Part shown: positions 48,559 through 57,856 of the stretch, piece by piece
How positions within the stretch are numbered: the first letter of the stretch is position 1
Layout of the letters: each line of letters opens with the position of its first letter
Source of the DNA: an uncultured archaeon
Lineage (GTDB): Archaea; Asgardarchaeota; Heimdallarchaeia; Heimdallarchaeales; Heimdallarchaeaceae
DNA length: 64,000 nucleotides
Reading direction: 5' to 3'
Assembly: GCA_964534625.1 (NCBI GenBank)
Contig: CAZHRF010000008.1
Location: 13,016-77,015, forward strand
The notes under the pieces: model-generated
What the model was told of the DNA's origin: nothing
What the model saw: the letters and a program-made list of their open reading frames with translations, nothing else
Database searches by the model: none
Position numbers and translations under genes: made by a program

Positions 48559-51330
48559 TTATACTACACGCATTTCCTCCACTACTTTGATTCTAGAAGC
48601 TGCTATGGCAGGTAACAAAGTCGCCAAGATAATCACTGCAAAGGATCCTAAAACAGTGAATGACAAGGTTATTGGCGGAAAGATTAATCGCCTGTTCATA
48701 GTTGAAGTTGATAGAAGATCAAAAAAGCCATTAAATTGAAAAGCAAGTAAACCTCCAATAATTGTACCAAAAATAGTAGCAAAAAATGCCATGGATAAGA
48801 TTTCGGATAATACAAGCAAAATAAGTTGCTTCCTAGATGCTCCTTCTGCAATTAAAATTGCAAATTCCTTACGCCGTCTATTAATAATCATAAACATAAA
48901 GATAAAGACACCAATCAAAGCTGTTATTTGGGAAACTAAAAAGGCAATGGTAAGTAAACCCGGAATACCAAAATTTCTCCCTTGAGCTTGTTTCACTTGT
49001 TCATAGTAGTCCTCAAATGTTATTGCGTCACTTACAAAATCGAAATTGTTGATAAATTCAAATGAAAGGTTTTCTTTTTCTGGATCGACATTACTCTTGA
49101 AATTAACGATAGCACTAACAATTGGTGTTTCTGGAGCATGTTCTAAAATAAATTCTTTGCTTGTAAAACATGTAAATGAGCTTACTGACCCTGAATCCAT
49201 TATTCCACCAGGCAAATGATCAAATTGACCAACAATATTTATTGTGGTATTGCTTCCAGTAGGCGTCATAACATTAAATTCTTGCCTTTCTTCATTAACC
49301 TCCATAAAGAAAGCAGAACGCCACCCTATTATAACATTCTTTGTTTTATTTTGAGATAAACTGGTAAATACTGTGTTTGTGTCCGCTTTATACATTGAAT
49401 CAGGATGGATGAAAGTATGCTGGCGATAGAGAGAGAGATCTGCTCCATAAACAGTAATTAATCTCTGTCCAATAGTGAATTCTGCAGAGTAAATAGGGAT
49501 GACTGTATCAATTTTGTCTTCAAGTCCAGTAAAGTTCTCTTTAGTTAAAGTAGATCCATATCCAATGTCTAATTTCATCTCTCCACCAATTTGAAATTCA
49601 GCTTGACGAGTGAGGTCATATGTTCCTGTTTCACCTTGTACAGCACTAAGCACACTAAGAGAAATACTTAGGCATAGTAAAACTGTTATTCTTGGAAAAC
49701 TTTGATCCCTTCTTGAAAGACTGCCTTTAATTAAAATACCTATGTCGCGAAAGATTTTCAATAGGATTTTATCTAGTTTTTCAGGAACTTTCACGGATAT
49801 TCTACTAGCCACTCCAGCACTACCATACCACAATGTTAATGGGCTGAAAAATTGCACTAATTGAATCCCAAATCCAAAAGAAATATTAGGATTAATTGCT
49901 TGGGTGATGCTTAAAACGACGCCTATTAAACCTAGGAAGAAAAAGATTACATCTCCATAAATTTTCTTAAACCATCCTTCCTTTTCTTTGTCAATAGTTG
50001 AAGCCAGGGCAACTTCTTGTTGAATAAAAACATTGGTTTTTTTAGCAGTGGTTATTAATAATACACCAAGTGTGACAATAGCTGTTACAATTATTGTCCA
50101 TGTTTTAATTTGTAGTAGCGAAAGAGCTCTGGTGAATTCAACCAGATCAATATTCATGAAACTGTATATGGATATCACGCTAGCTGCCCCTAACGCCCCT
50201 AAAAACAGTCCAATAACCTCTCCAATTATTCCAATAATAATAACCTCAGTAAAGATTTGAAATCGTATCTGTTTTGGGCTAGCTCCTTGAGCTTTCAGAA
50301 CCGATACTTCATATTTTCGCTCTTGTAAAGCCAATTCGGCACCAAAATTAATTAAAATTAATGATAATACAATAGCTGGAATATAAAGCACCATATCTAT
50401 AATCTGCATTAATACTAACATGAATTGATTCATAACTATAAGAAAACCAATTGCATTCCTGCCTGTTAATGCATTGTTTGACTTTTCTTCAATTCGGAAA
50501 ATAATCCGGTCGATTGCATCATTAAGATTACCAAGGTCGTTTACAGGAAGTTTATTGAAATCAAGTTTTGTGGGTAGAGAAAATAATAGATTATCTACGA
50601 AAACATCAATGAGTTCCTTTTCAAAAACAGCACTAGACATTATAATGCTACGACCACCGTAGCCAGTAAATGGGCCGGACATTTCTTGCGTTCTATAAAA
50701 ACCATTAATGGTCAAATTAAGAGTACGTTGATACACAATTGATATATTGTGTTCATACTCTGTAAATTCCATTTTCATAAGAGTATAATTAAAACTAATT
50801 GTTTGCCCTACTTGGAGATTGAATTCTTTATAAGCTTGATATGATAATAAGACTCCATCAGAGCTGAGAGTGTTTTCGCCTACAACTATATCAATACTAT
50901 TGACAATGGCAGAGTCAGTAAAAGATTCATCCACTATTTTTGGAAATACAATCTCGTGTGGTCTAAAACTAGTAAAATTCTCTATGGTTTGCATATTTTG
51001 TTCGAAATATACATTTTGTGTATCCCGTTGCTCATTCTCTCCATACATAATAATAACATCTTCAATTTCCGACTCTTCTTGTATAAGTGAAGCTAAATCA
51101 GTAGGAGTAAGAGATGATGTTTTAGTTGGATAAAACATTACTTCTGCTTCAGTATTCTCAACAATATCAGCTACAGCTATACTATTGATAATTGTACCAT
51201 AAAAAAATACAGAAGCAAAGATTGTTGCACCTAACACCATACCAGCACCAATAGCTAAACTTCGGCGCTTATTAGCCCAAATAGATTTAAAAGCCCAAGC
51301 TACGTCAGATAAAAAGTTTAGAATTTTCAT
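48559..51330 (-). CDS. FtsX/MacB-like ABC permease (duplicated)
   Basis: ERKYEVSVLKAQGAS and RRKEFAILIAEGAS motifs; two large extracytoplasmic loops. Confidence 0.93.
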   Translation of the reverse strand: MKILNFLSDVAWAFKSIWANKRRSLAIGAGMVLGATIFASVFFYGTIINSIAVADIVENTEAEVMFYPTKTSSLTPTDLASLIQEESEIEDVIIMYGENEQRDTQNVYFEQNMQTIENFTSFRPHEIVFPKIVDESFTDSAIVNSIDIVVGENTLSSDGVLLSYQAYKEFNLQVGQTISFNYTLMKMEFTEYEHNISIVYQRTLNLTINGFYRTQEMSGPFTGYGGRSIIMSSAVFEKELIDVFVDNLLFSLPTKLDFNKLPVNDLGNLNDAIDRIIFRIEEKSNNALTGRNAIGFLIVMNQFMLVLMQIIDMVLYIPAIVLSLILINFGAELALQERKYEVSVLKAQGASPKQIRFQIFTEVIIIGIIGEVIGLFLGALGAASVISIYSFMNIDLVEFTRALSLLQIKTWTIIVTAIVTLGVLLITTAKKTNVFIQQEVALASTIDKEKEGWFKKIYGDVIFFFLGLIGVVLSITQAINPNISFGFGIQLVQFFSPLTLWYGSAGVASRISVKVPEKLDKILLKIFRDIGILIKGSLSRRDQSFPRITVLLCLSISLSVLSAVQGETGTYDLTRQAEFQIGGEMKLDIGYGSTLTKENFTGLEDKIDTVIPIYSAEFTIGQRLITVYGADLSLYRQHTFIHPDSMYKADTNTVFTSLSQNKTKNVIIGWRSAFFMEVNEERQEFNVMTPTGSNTTINIVGQFDHLPGGIMDSGSVSSFTCFTSKEFILEHAPETPIVSAIVNFKSNVDPEKENLSFEFINNFDFVSDAITFEDYYEQVKQAQGRNFGIPGLLTIAFLVSQITALIGVFIFMFMIINRRRKEFAILIAEGASRKQLILLVLSEILSMAFFATIFGTIIGGLLAFQFNGFFDLLSTSTMNRRLIFPPITLSFTVLGSFAVIILATLLPAIAASRIKVVEEMRVV

Positions 51331-52064
51331 TTTTTAACTTTCCTCCTTTCTTCAATATTTTTTACTTGTTCTTCGATAACTCGCCCATTCTGTAAAATAT
51401 AAATGCGTTCTGTTTGAGAGGCTGCATTATGATCATGAGTAACCATGATAATAGTAACATTTTGTTCCTTTGCTAGTTTCTTAAAAAGAAAGATTATTTC
51501 TCGACCCGTATGTGTATCTAAATTTCCTGTCGGTTCATCTGCATAGATAATATCCGGATCATGAGCTAAAGATCGAGCAATAGCTACTCGTTGTTTTTCA
51601 CCACCAGATAATTGTTCGGGGAGATGATCACGTCTTGAATGGAGACCTACTTCTGTAAGTAGTTCCAATGCTCTATTCTCCGCTTTTTTTTCTGATTCTT
51701 TCCTTAATAACATGGGGAGCTTGACATTCTCTTTGGCTGTTAGATAAGGGATCAATGCAAAATTTTGAAAAACAATAGACGATTTATTCCGTCTAATTCG
51801 AAGGGTTTCATTTCTATTTAATTCATGTAAAGAAACACCAGCTATAAACACCTCTCCATCTGTAATAGTTTCCAGAGTCGATAAAATGTTTAGCAAAGTA
51901 CTCTTACCTGATCCTGAAGGACCCATGATAGCAATGAATTCACCCTTGCCAACTTGCATATTTACGCCCTTAAGCACGTGAACGACTTCTCCACCAGATA
52001 AATCGAAGTTCTTAATTAAATTCGAAGTTTGCACTATAACGTTTGGGGATTCATTCATAAGCAT
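51327..52064 (-). CDS. LolD/MacB-type ABC ATPase
   Basis: GPSGSGKSTLL, LSGGEKQR, ADEPTGNLD, VTHD. Confidence 0.95.
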   Translation of the reverse strand: MLMNESPNVIVQTSNLIKNFDLSGGEVVHVLKGVNMQVGKGEFIAIMGPSGSGKSTLLNILSTLETITDGEVFIAGVSLHELNRNETLRIRRNKSSIVFQNFALIPYLTAKENVKLPMLLRKESEKKAENRALELLTEVGLHSRRDHLPEQLSGGEKQRVAIARSLAHDPDIIYADEPTGNLDTHTGREIIFLFKKLAKEQNVTIIMVTHDHNAASQTERIYILQNGRVIEEQVKNIEERRKVKK

Positions 52065-52144
52065 GAACTACTAAACGACTAAATAAATATAACTAAATTA
52101 TGAAAAAAGTTGGTAAATAACACAAATTAGGTTTTTATATAACC

Positions 52145-52171
52145 AAGAGTGATATAGTTAAGAGTGATATA
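52145..52171. repeat. Direct repeat AAGAGTGATATA x2 just upstream of the Fe-S protein gene
   Basis: 52145-52156 and 52160-52171 are identical. Confidence 0.6.
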
Positions 52172-52172
52172 A

Positions 52173-52997
52173 ATGTGTGATTATTGCGCTGAACATGGAG
52201 CAGGGAAAAAATGGTATCTAGAAGCTAAAAATTACCTAAGAAATCATAAAAAAGATGATAGAAGAAGAAAAAATTTTGCAGAAGATTTTATTGAACACTT
52301 TATGACCACCTATGAACGTTTCTTAAAGAATGGCGAATTAAACCAGATCCTTCCAAATGATGATCCTTCTTGGGTTGAACGATTAAAAATGAAATATTAT
52401 TTCAAATATCTACATTCGGGACAAGTTATACCCAAAGAAGAGGCTAAATTAGTCATGGAATTATCCGGACAAATTTCACTCATCCCATGCGTATGCAGAT
52501 ATGCTAATGCTGGAGAGAAACATAATGTGTGCATGATTTTTATGAATATTCCCGATAATCTGTATGGTAAAAATCGTTTTGATAAAATACGCGATTTAGA
52601 AGTTTTAACAGTGGAAGAAGCTAAATTGAAAATAGATGAATTTGCAGATACTGGCTATGTACAATCTGTATGGACATTTCTATCCCCGCATATAGGTGCC
52701 ATATGCAATTGTGATTATCCCTTCTGTACAGCATTAAGATATAGACGACATACAGGAATCAACAGATCTATGTATAAATCAGAATATATTGCTGATATAA
52801 ATGAATCACTTTGTGAAAATTGTGGTAGCTGTGTACCCAAATGTCAATTTGGAGCCCTAACCGTCTCACCTTCACATGGAACAGCAATAGTTAATGTACA
52901 TCAATGCTTTGGGTGTGGAGTATGTAGAGAAGCTTGTACAAATGGGGCTATAAAATTAATACCAAGAGAACAAAAAATACCCAATCCTACATGGTAA
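52173..52997 (+). CDS. 4Fe-4S dicluster protein with additional Cys ligands
   Basis: MCDYCAEHG, PCVCR, ICNC..PFC, two CxxCxxCxxxC motifs. Confidence 0.9.
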   Translation: MCDYCAEHGAGKKWYLEAKNYLRNHKKDDRRRKNFAEDFIEHFMTTYERFLKNGELNQILPNDDPSWVERLKMKYYFKYLHSGQVIPKEEAKLVMELSGQISLIPCVCRYANAGEKHNVCMIFMNIPDNLYGKNRFDKIRDLEVLTVEEAKLKIDEFADTGYVQSVWTFLSPHIGAICNCDYPFCTALRYRRHTGINRSMYKSEYIADINESLCENCGSCVPKCQFGALTVSPSHGTAIVNVHQCFGCGVCREACTNGAIKLIPREQKIPNPTW

Positions 52998-53056
52998 TAA
53001 TAGTCTTTAAAATGAATTTAATTGGCAAAATAAGATAATCAGAAGACTAGTAGGAG

Positions 53057-53089
53057 ATGAACTGCCCCACCCTCAAGGACGGGGTTTTC
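53057..53089 (-). mobile_element. IS200/IS605 tnpB-type right-end hairpin remnant
   Basis: Minus strand GAAAACCCCGTCCTTGAGGGTGGGGCAGTTCAT resembles the AAGCCCC..GGGGTAGTTCAC ends typical of these elements. Confidence 0.65.
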
Positions 53090-53167
53090 AAGAAGACGTT
53101 CAAATAAAAATAAAAATAAAAAGTAGAAGGAAAAAATTACAGGTATTTAGAAGCCATAAATAATTAA

Positions 53168-53302
53168 TTATTCATGACATGGACCTGTGCCATTGCAATG
53201 ACAATTTTCCTTACTTTGACTTGTTACATGTTTTTCTTTACAATCGCATTCTTGTTCGCGACCTTGCTCTTTGCAGCAACAATGATCTTTCTTGTCAGTC
53301 AT
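53168..53302 (-). CDS. Metallothionein-like Cys/His-rich peptide, 44 aa (not in the ORF track)
   Basis: MTDKKDHCCCKEQGREQECDCKEKHVTSQSKENCHCNGTGPCHE; 8 Cys, 4 His, no F/W/Y/L/I. Confidence 0.75.
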   Translation of the reverse strand: MTDKKDHCCCKEQGREQECDCKEKHVTSQSKENCHCNGTGPCHE

Positions 53303-53338
53303 AGTTATCAAATAGAGTTTCTCGCTTATCTATTTAAA

Positions 53339-53353
53339 TCATAAAGTTTATGA
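53339..53353. promoter_or_regulatory. Palindrome TCATAAA-G-TTTATGA between the divergent peptide and hxlR genes
   Basis: Perfect 7-bp arms near the middle of the 80-bp intergenic gap. Confidence 0.5.
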
Positions 53354-53382
53354 GATAGAAGTCACTTTCTCATTTGATAGTA

Positions 53383-53787
53383 ATGGAAGCCCCTCCATGT
53401 TGTAATAATAGAGTCGAAATAGAAGAGCATTGTTTAAAACGTTTAGAGCCTATTCTTGACTTTCTGAGTAAAAAATGGGCTTTTCATATCATAAGCATTC
53501 TACATAATCATGAAGAACCTAAGCGTTTCAATGAGATAGAATCCGAATTCGAAAAAATGAATGTTAATATATCTCCAAAAACTATTACAACAAGATTAAG
53601 AGAGGCTGAAGATTTAGAGTTAATCTCAAGGCAAGTTTATGCTGAAATCCCTCCAAGAGTAGAATATACGCTGACTGATGAGGGGAAAGGCTTTATTCAT
53701 GCTATTATACCTCTATTTGAATGGGCAGAAAGAAGATTTCCTCATAAATGTATTAAATTAAAATCATTGAAAGAAAACCATAACTAA
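53383..53787 (+). CDS. HxlR/DUF24 (MarR-like) wHTH regulator with Cys-rich N-terminus
   Basis: LSKKWAFHII, KRFNEI, ISPKTITTRLRE, RQVYAEIPPRVEYTLT; N-terminal PPCC...HC. Confidence 0.93.
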   Translation: MEAPPCCNNRVEIEEHCLKRLEPILDFLSKKWAFHIISILHNHEEPKRFNEIESEFEKMNVNISPKTITTRLREAEDLELISRQVYAEIPPRVEYTLTDEGKGFIHAIIPLFEWAERRFPHKCIKLKSLKENHN

Positions 53788-53935
53788 ATAATGAATTTTT
53801 TCTTAAGTAGCCTGTTTTTTGTTTAATCTAAAATGATGACAAACAAAAATAAGTTGAAAAAAAGATGTTGAAAAAAGATTAATAATTGTTTTTTCCGATT
53901 TTATTTAATCTGCCTAAACAGCATTAGCAAGTGTT

Positions 53936-54433
53936 TTATGTTTCTATTGTAATTGTTTCTTCCCCTAGCTCGAAAATAAGATCTTCAATCAAACTACCTA
54001 AATCTAGCCCAAATATTACTGGTGAAGCTATTATTTTGATAGTTACGCTAACAGATCCACCTCCTCCAATAGTCGTTGCATCCGTTTCCGTTAACTCTAT
54101 TACAAACACTAAAGTTGAACTATCACCTAGAGTTAAAAGATCCTCTGCTGAGTCAATGAAATCTGTTCCTTTATAGACTTCAAATGTCATTTTCAATTGT
54201 TTGGGAATATATCCCAGTTTAGGGGACTCTACTACTATTGAAATAGTTATAGTCTTATTATCATCAGCTAATGAATATGTGGGCGTACCAGCACTAAATT
54301 CATCTTGCTTTTCTGTTATGCCTTGATATGTTAAATATCCATCTGCTCCTACAGCAGCTATTACCAAAATTAAGAGTACTAAGATTACTAAAAAGATTTT
54401 TAGTCCTGTTCTCTTCTTTTTCTTTTCAGTCAT
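53936..54433 (-). CDS. Single-TM anchored beta-rich hypothetical protein
   Basis: Basic N-terminus, TM helix, alternating beta-strand pattern. Confidence 0.75.
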   Translation of the reverse strand: MTEKKKKRTGLKIFLVILVLLILVIAAVGADGYLTYQGITEKQDEFSAGTPTYSLADDNKTITISIVVESPKLGYIPKQLKMTFEVYKGTDFIDSAEDLLTLGDSSTLVFVIELTETDATTIGGGGSVSVTIKIIASPVIFGLDLGSLIEDLIFELGEETITIET

Positions 54434-54496
54434 AATAATATATTATACAAGCTAAATATAAAAGGATTTCAATGGAACAAAAAGTTCTTATGAAAC

Positions 54497-55633
54497 TCAA
54501 AAGTTTTTTAATACTTCTAAAACAGCGAAAAAAGCAGGTTTGGGATTGAAATATGCATCAAACAGTAATGGCCAATCTATATCTTGGTCTAACCACCAAG
54601 CATCTTTTATATAACTATATTTGTCACTTAAACCCCAAAGCGTTATGCCTGTACAATTAGGATGAGAATAACAAACTTCGTAGATATCTGCATATAACTG
54701 TGCTTGCTGGTCTAATTTTAACTTTGTCTTTCCTTCCAAATTATCATTGATGAGAATATCAAGTTCAGTAATCTGACAATCTATACCCAGATTACTAAAT
54801 CTATCAAACTGTTCTTTGTAATAAGTCATATTATGTTCAGTACTTATACTAATATGCCCTTGAAAACCTACTCCTTCAATGGGAATCTCTTTTTCTATTA
54901 AAGAATAAACTAGGCTGTAAAGTTTGTCTGCTTTAGCTTTATGCTCGTGAGGATTACCTAAAATACCATATTCGTTGATAAACAATTTAGCATTAGGATC
55001 TGCTTCATGTGCCCATAAGAATGCTTTTTCGATATAATCCTTTCCCAGTTTCTCTTTAAAGAATGTATCTCGTAGAGAATCATTACCAAAGCCTTCATGT
55101 ACAATACCTTCATTGACGACATTCCAGACTTGTATCAACGTAGGAAATTTCGTTCGAAAATGGATCATAACTGTTTGAATATAATCTTTGACTAATGTCT
55201 CGATTTCACTGTTATTGTATCCTCCTTCTTCTAACCACGAAGGTATCGTACCATGCCAAAGAAGATGTCCACCACGCAAAGACATGTTGTTATTAATAGC
55301 ATAACTAGCTATTTCATCAATCCAGACAAAAGAATAATTTTCCTCTCCCAGCCATATTTGATCCATCGATAAAGAATACTCAGCTGAAAAACTATTGAAC
55401 TGTTCTGTTAACACTTTTCCATAGATATCAGCATCTTCTCCTATTTTCCATTGATAATAATTCATCAATGAACCAATTAAGAAATCCTCTCTTTTAGATA
55501 CTTCTCGAAGTGTTTCTCCTTCATAATTATATTTTGTAACAGGTTGATTTATCAACAAGTAGATAAATATTGTGGGGATTAAAACGATCATTAAGGTAAG
55601 AAGTGAGATACTAACAAGATACATTCTTTTCAT
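54497..55633 (-). CDS. GH10 endo-1,4-beta-xylanase family, N-terminally anchored
   Basis: RGGHLLWH, WNVVNEG (acid/base), KLFINEY, GFQGH, ITELDI (nucleophile), WGLSD, LLFD..PKPA. Confidence 0.93.
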   Translation of the reverse strand: MKRMYLVSISLLTLMIVLIPTIFIYLLINQPVTKYNYEGETLREVSKREDFLIGSLMNYYQWKIGEDADIYGKVLTEQFNSFSAEYSLSMDQIWLGEENYSFVWIDEIASYAINNNMSLRGGHLLWHGTIPSWLEEGGYNNSEIETLVKDYIQTVMIHFRTKFPTLIQVWNVVNEGIVHEGFGNDSLRDTFFKEKLGKDYIEKAFLWAHEADPNAKLFINEYGILGNPHEHKAKADKLYSLVYSLIEKEIPIEGVGFQGHISISTEHNMTYYKEQFDRFSNLGIDCQITELDILINDNLEGKTKLKLDQQAQLYADIYEVCYSHPNCTGITLWGLSDKYSYIKDAWWLDQDIDWPLLFDAYFNPKPAFFAVLEVLKNF

Positions 55634-55881
55634 TAAATATAGAGTCTATTGTTTTTCCTAAAAACCTTTTGTAACCGCGACAGAGCGATAGGCCAAATGA
55701 ACAAGTTTATTAGCTATTGCCTTACATAATCATGATATTTTAATGGTTGTAGTGTAATTATTTTTAACAAACTAGCGGCATTTCTAGCACATATTTATAA
55801 ATTTTACTTGGTTATAGGTTCATAGAACCAAATAACCTTTAAATAAAAGTTATAGAAAATATAGTTAGAAGTGGTTTACTT

Positions 55882-57102
55882 ATGAAACGCTTAAAAGGAA
55901 TGATTATATTATCTATTTTTCTACTTTCAATTTGTGCTGGTAGCTATTCAGTTACTGCATCTTATGAAACAGTAGACGAAGAGATAAATTTTAACGCAAT
56001 AGATGATACTTTTGCAGATGAAGAAAAAACGATCAATTTCAATTCTGATGGAACGAATAATTTGAATTTCAATGGGCTTTATCCTGGTGATATCATTTTA
56101 CTAGGAACAGACGGAACATTCTTTGATTATTTAATTCCTGGAGAGTTCAGTCATACTGTCATCTTCTCTGGATTTGTTGAAGAAGGAGAATTGATTTGGG
56201 ATCGTGATAATCACGAATGGATGCCTGTAGGAACGCCTTATGTTGTTCATTCAACAAAAAGTGATAACGCTGGCAATGGATTAGGTTACTCTAGATGGAG
56301 TGTAGCTGTCAATGAGCATGCTGAAAGTGCACTTGCCTTACGTGTTGATGGTTTATCAGTCAGTCAATTACAAGGAGCTGTTGATTGGATTAAATCTTTT
56401 GCAGGTGACGGAACTAATCCTGAGGCATATAAGTATGATTGGGGTTGGACTACAAAGCAAATTTATGGCACCAGTAGTGTATCTGGTATCAATGGATGGT
56501 ACTGTTCAGAATTAGCATGGGCAGCTTATAAATACCTATATGGAATTGATTTGGATCCTGATGGCGACTCATGGTCTTGGACAACTGCTTATGGTGTTAG
56601 TCCTTCTGATCTTTACGAAGATAGTGACTCTTTTGTTGTAGACATAGATAGTTGGGATCCTTCTGATTGCTACTATGTAAAAATCAATTTAGTAGGGATT
56701 TATTATGAAGATGATTATGATCCTTGGCCCAGTGGAGCTGGCGAAATGTACGTCAAATGGTTCTTAGGCGATGGATATGGTGGATCAGGTTATGTTATAG
56801 AAGATTTTCATGGAATTGAAAAAAGAGATGGTCCAGGATATGTTTATTGGGAAGTTACTATGGCATATGTTATGATACCTAAAGGACATCCACTTAAAAT
56901 ACGTGTAGAAGCGTGGGAAGAAGACGGATGGCTCAATGGCGATGACCAATACCCAGTATTTAATTGGTGGGAAGATTCAATGTTAGATTATGTTGATGAT
57001 GGGTGGTATTGGTGGAATTATTGGGATGCTGGTGACTGCAGGTATTGTATAGAATTCAGTATAAGCAATTCCCCAATCGGTACAAGTCCTAATGGTATAT
57101 AG
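55882..57102 (+). CDS. Secreted permuted NlpC/P60 (YiiX/YaeF, C92) enzyme with acidic C2-like C-terminal domain
   Basis: Signal peptide; PGDIILL, FSHTVIF, YKYDW, WYCSELAWAAY, VSPSDL; C-terminal 'DDYDPW..GEMYV...IRVEAWEED...DD'. Confidence 0.8.
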   Translation: MKRLKGMIILSIFLLSICAGSYSVTASYETVDEEINFNAIDDTFADEEKTINFNSDGTNNLNFNGLYPGDIILLGTDGTFFDYLIPGEFSHTVIFSGFVEEGELIWDRDNHEWMPVGTPYVVHSTKSDNAGNGLGYSRWSVAVNEHAESALALRVDGLSVSQLQGAVDWIKSFAGDGTNPEAYKYDWGWTTKQIYGTSSVSGINGWYCSELAWAAYKYLYGIDLDPDGDSWSWTTAYGVSPSDLYEDSDSFVVDIDSWDPSDCYYVKINLVGIYYEDDYDPWPSGAGEMYVKWFLGDGYGGSGYVIEDFHGIEKRDGPGYVYWEVTMAYVMIPKGHPLKIRVEAWEEDGWLNGDDQYPVFNWWEDSMLDYVDDGWYWWNYWDAGDCRYCIEFSISNSPIGTSPNGI

Positions 57103-57354
57103 TTCTTTTTTCTCCTTTTTTTTATTCATCCTTTTAGTGAAAAAAATTTCTTTCAGCAAAGTCATTTATTTTATGCTTTATTGATCGTAGTGTTAATTTT
57201 TCACTTATTTCCGCTTGGTATTTTAGGTAATATATTACTAGATGTTCATTTCTTCTCTGTTCAGTTGATGTTAAGAAATATTCTACTCTCTTTAGACATC
57301 ATTTAAAATTAGTCTTAAATGATTTAATATTAAACAACTTGGCACTTTTTTTGC

Positions 57355-57840
57355 TTAATTTTTTGAAAGACTGAGCAAAGATTGATTAGAATCCACTCTA
57401 TCACCAGGCTTAACCGCAATTTTAGATATAATAGCATTAAAAGGAGCACAAATTTGGATCCTCATTTTCATTGTTTCTAAAAATAGTAAAGGTTCGTCTT
57501 TTTTAACAACAGTTGTCTCGTTGACTAGTACTTTGGCTATTGTTCCCGGAATCTTTGTTTTAATGTCCATATTTTTTACTATTTTTGGTTTATGATTAGA
57601 GAAAACAGGTTTATAAGTAAATTTGACCACGTCTTCATTGATGCATAAGTTATTTTCGTCTTTGGATATTTTGTAAGATTTATCGTCGATTTTTATTATA
57701 GAAGTATTGTTACCATTGTTAATAATCGTAGGTGTGTATGTTGAATCACCAATTGAATAGTCACCATTTGACCAAATTTTTACCTCGAATGTTTCATCAT
57801 TCAAGTTAATTTTATATCTGTTACTGACATTCTTCTCCAT
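57355..57840 (-). CDS. Biotin carboxyl carrier protein
   Basis: IPGTIAKVLV, LETMKM biotinylation motif, VKPGDRV. Confidence 0.9.
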   Translation of the reverse strand: MEKNVSNRYKINLNDETFEVKIWSNGDYSIGDSTYTPTIINNGNNTSIIKIDDKSYKISKDENNLCINEDVVKFTYKPVFSNHKPKIVKNMDIKTKIPGTIAKVLVNETTVVKKDEPLLFLETMKMRIQICAPFNAIISKIAVKPGDRVDSNQSLLSLSKN

Positions 57841-57856
57841 ATTAACACTCTCCGAT

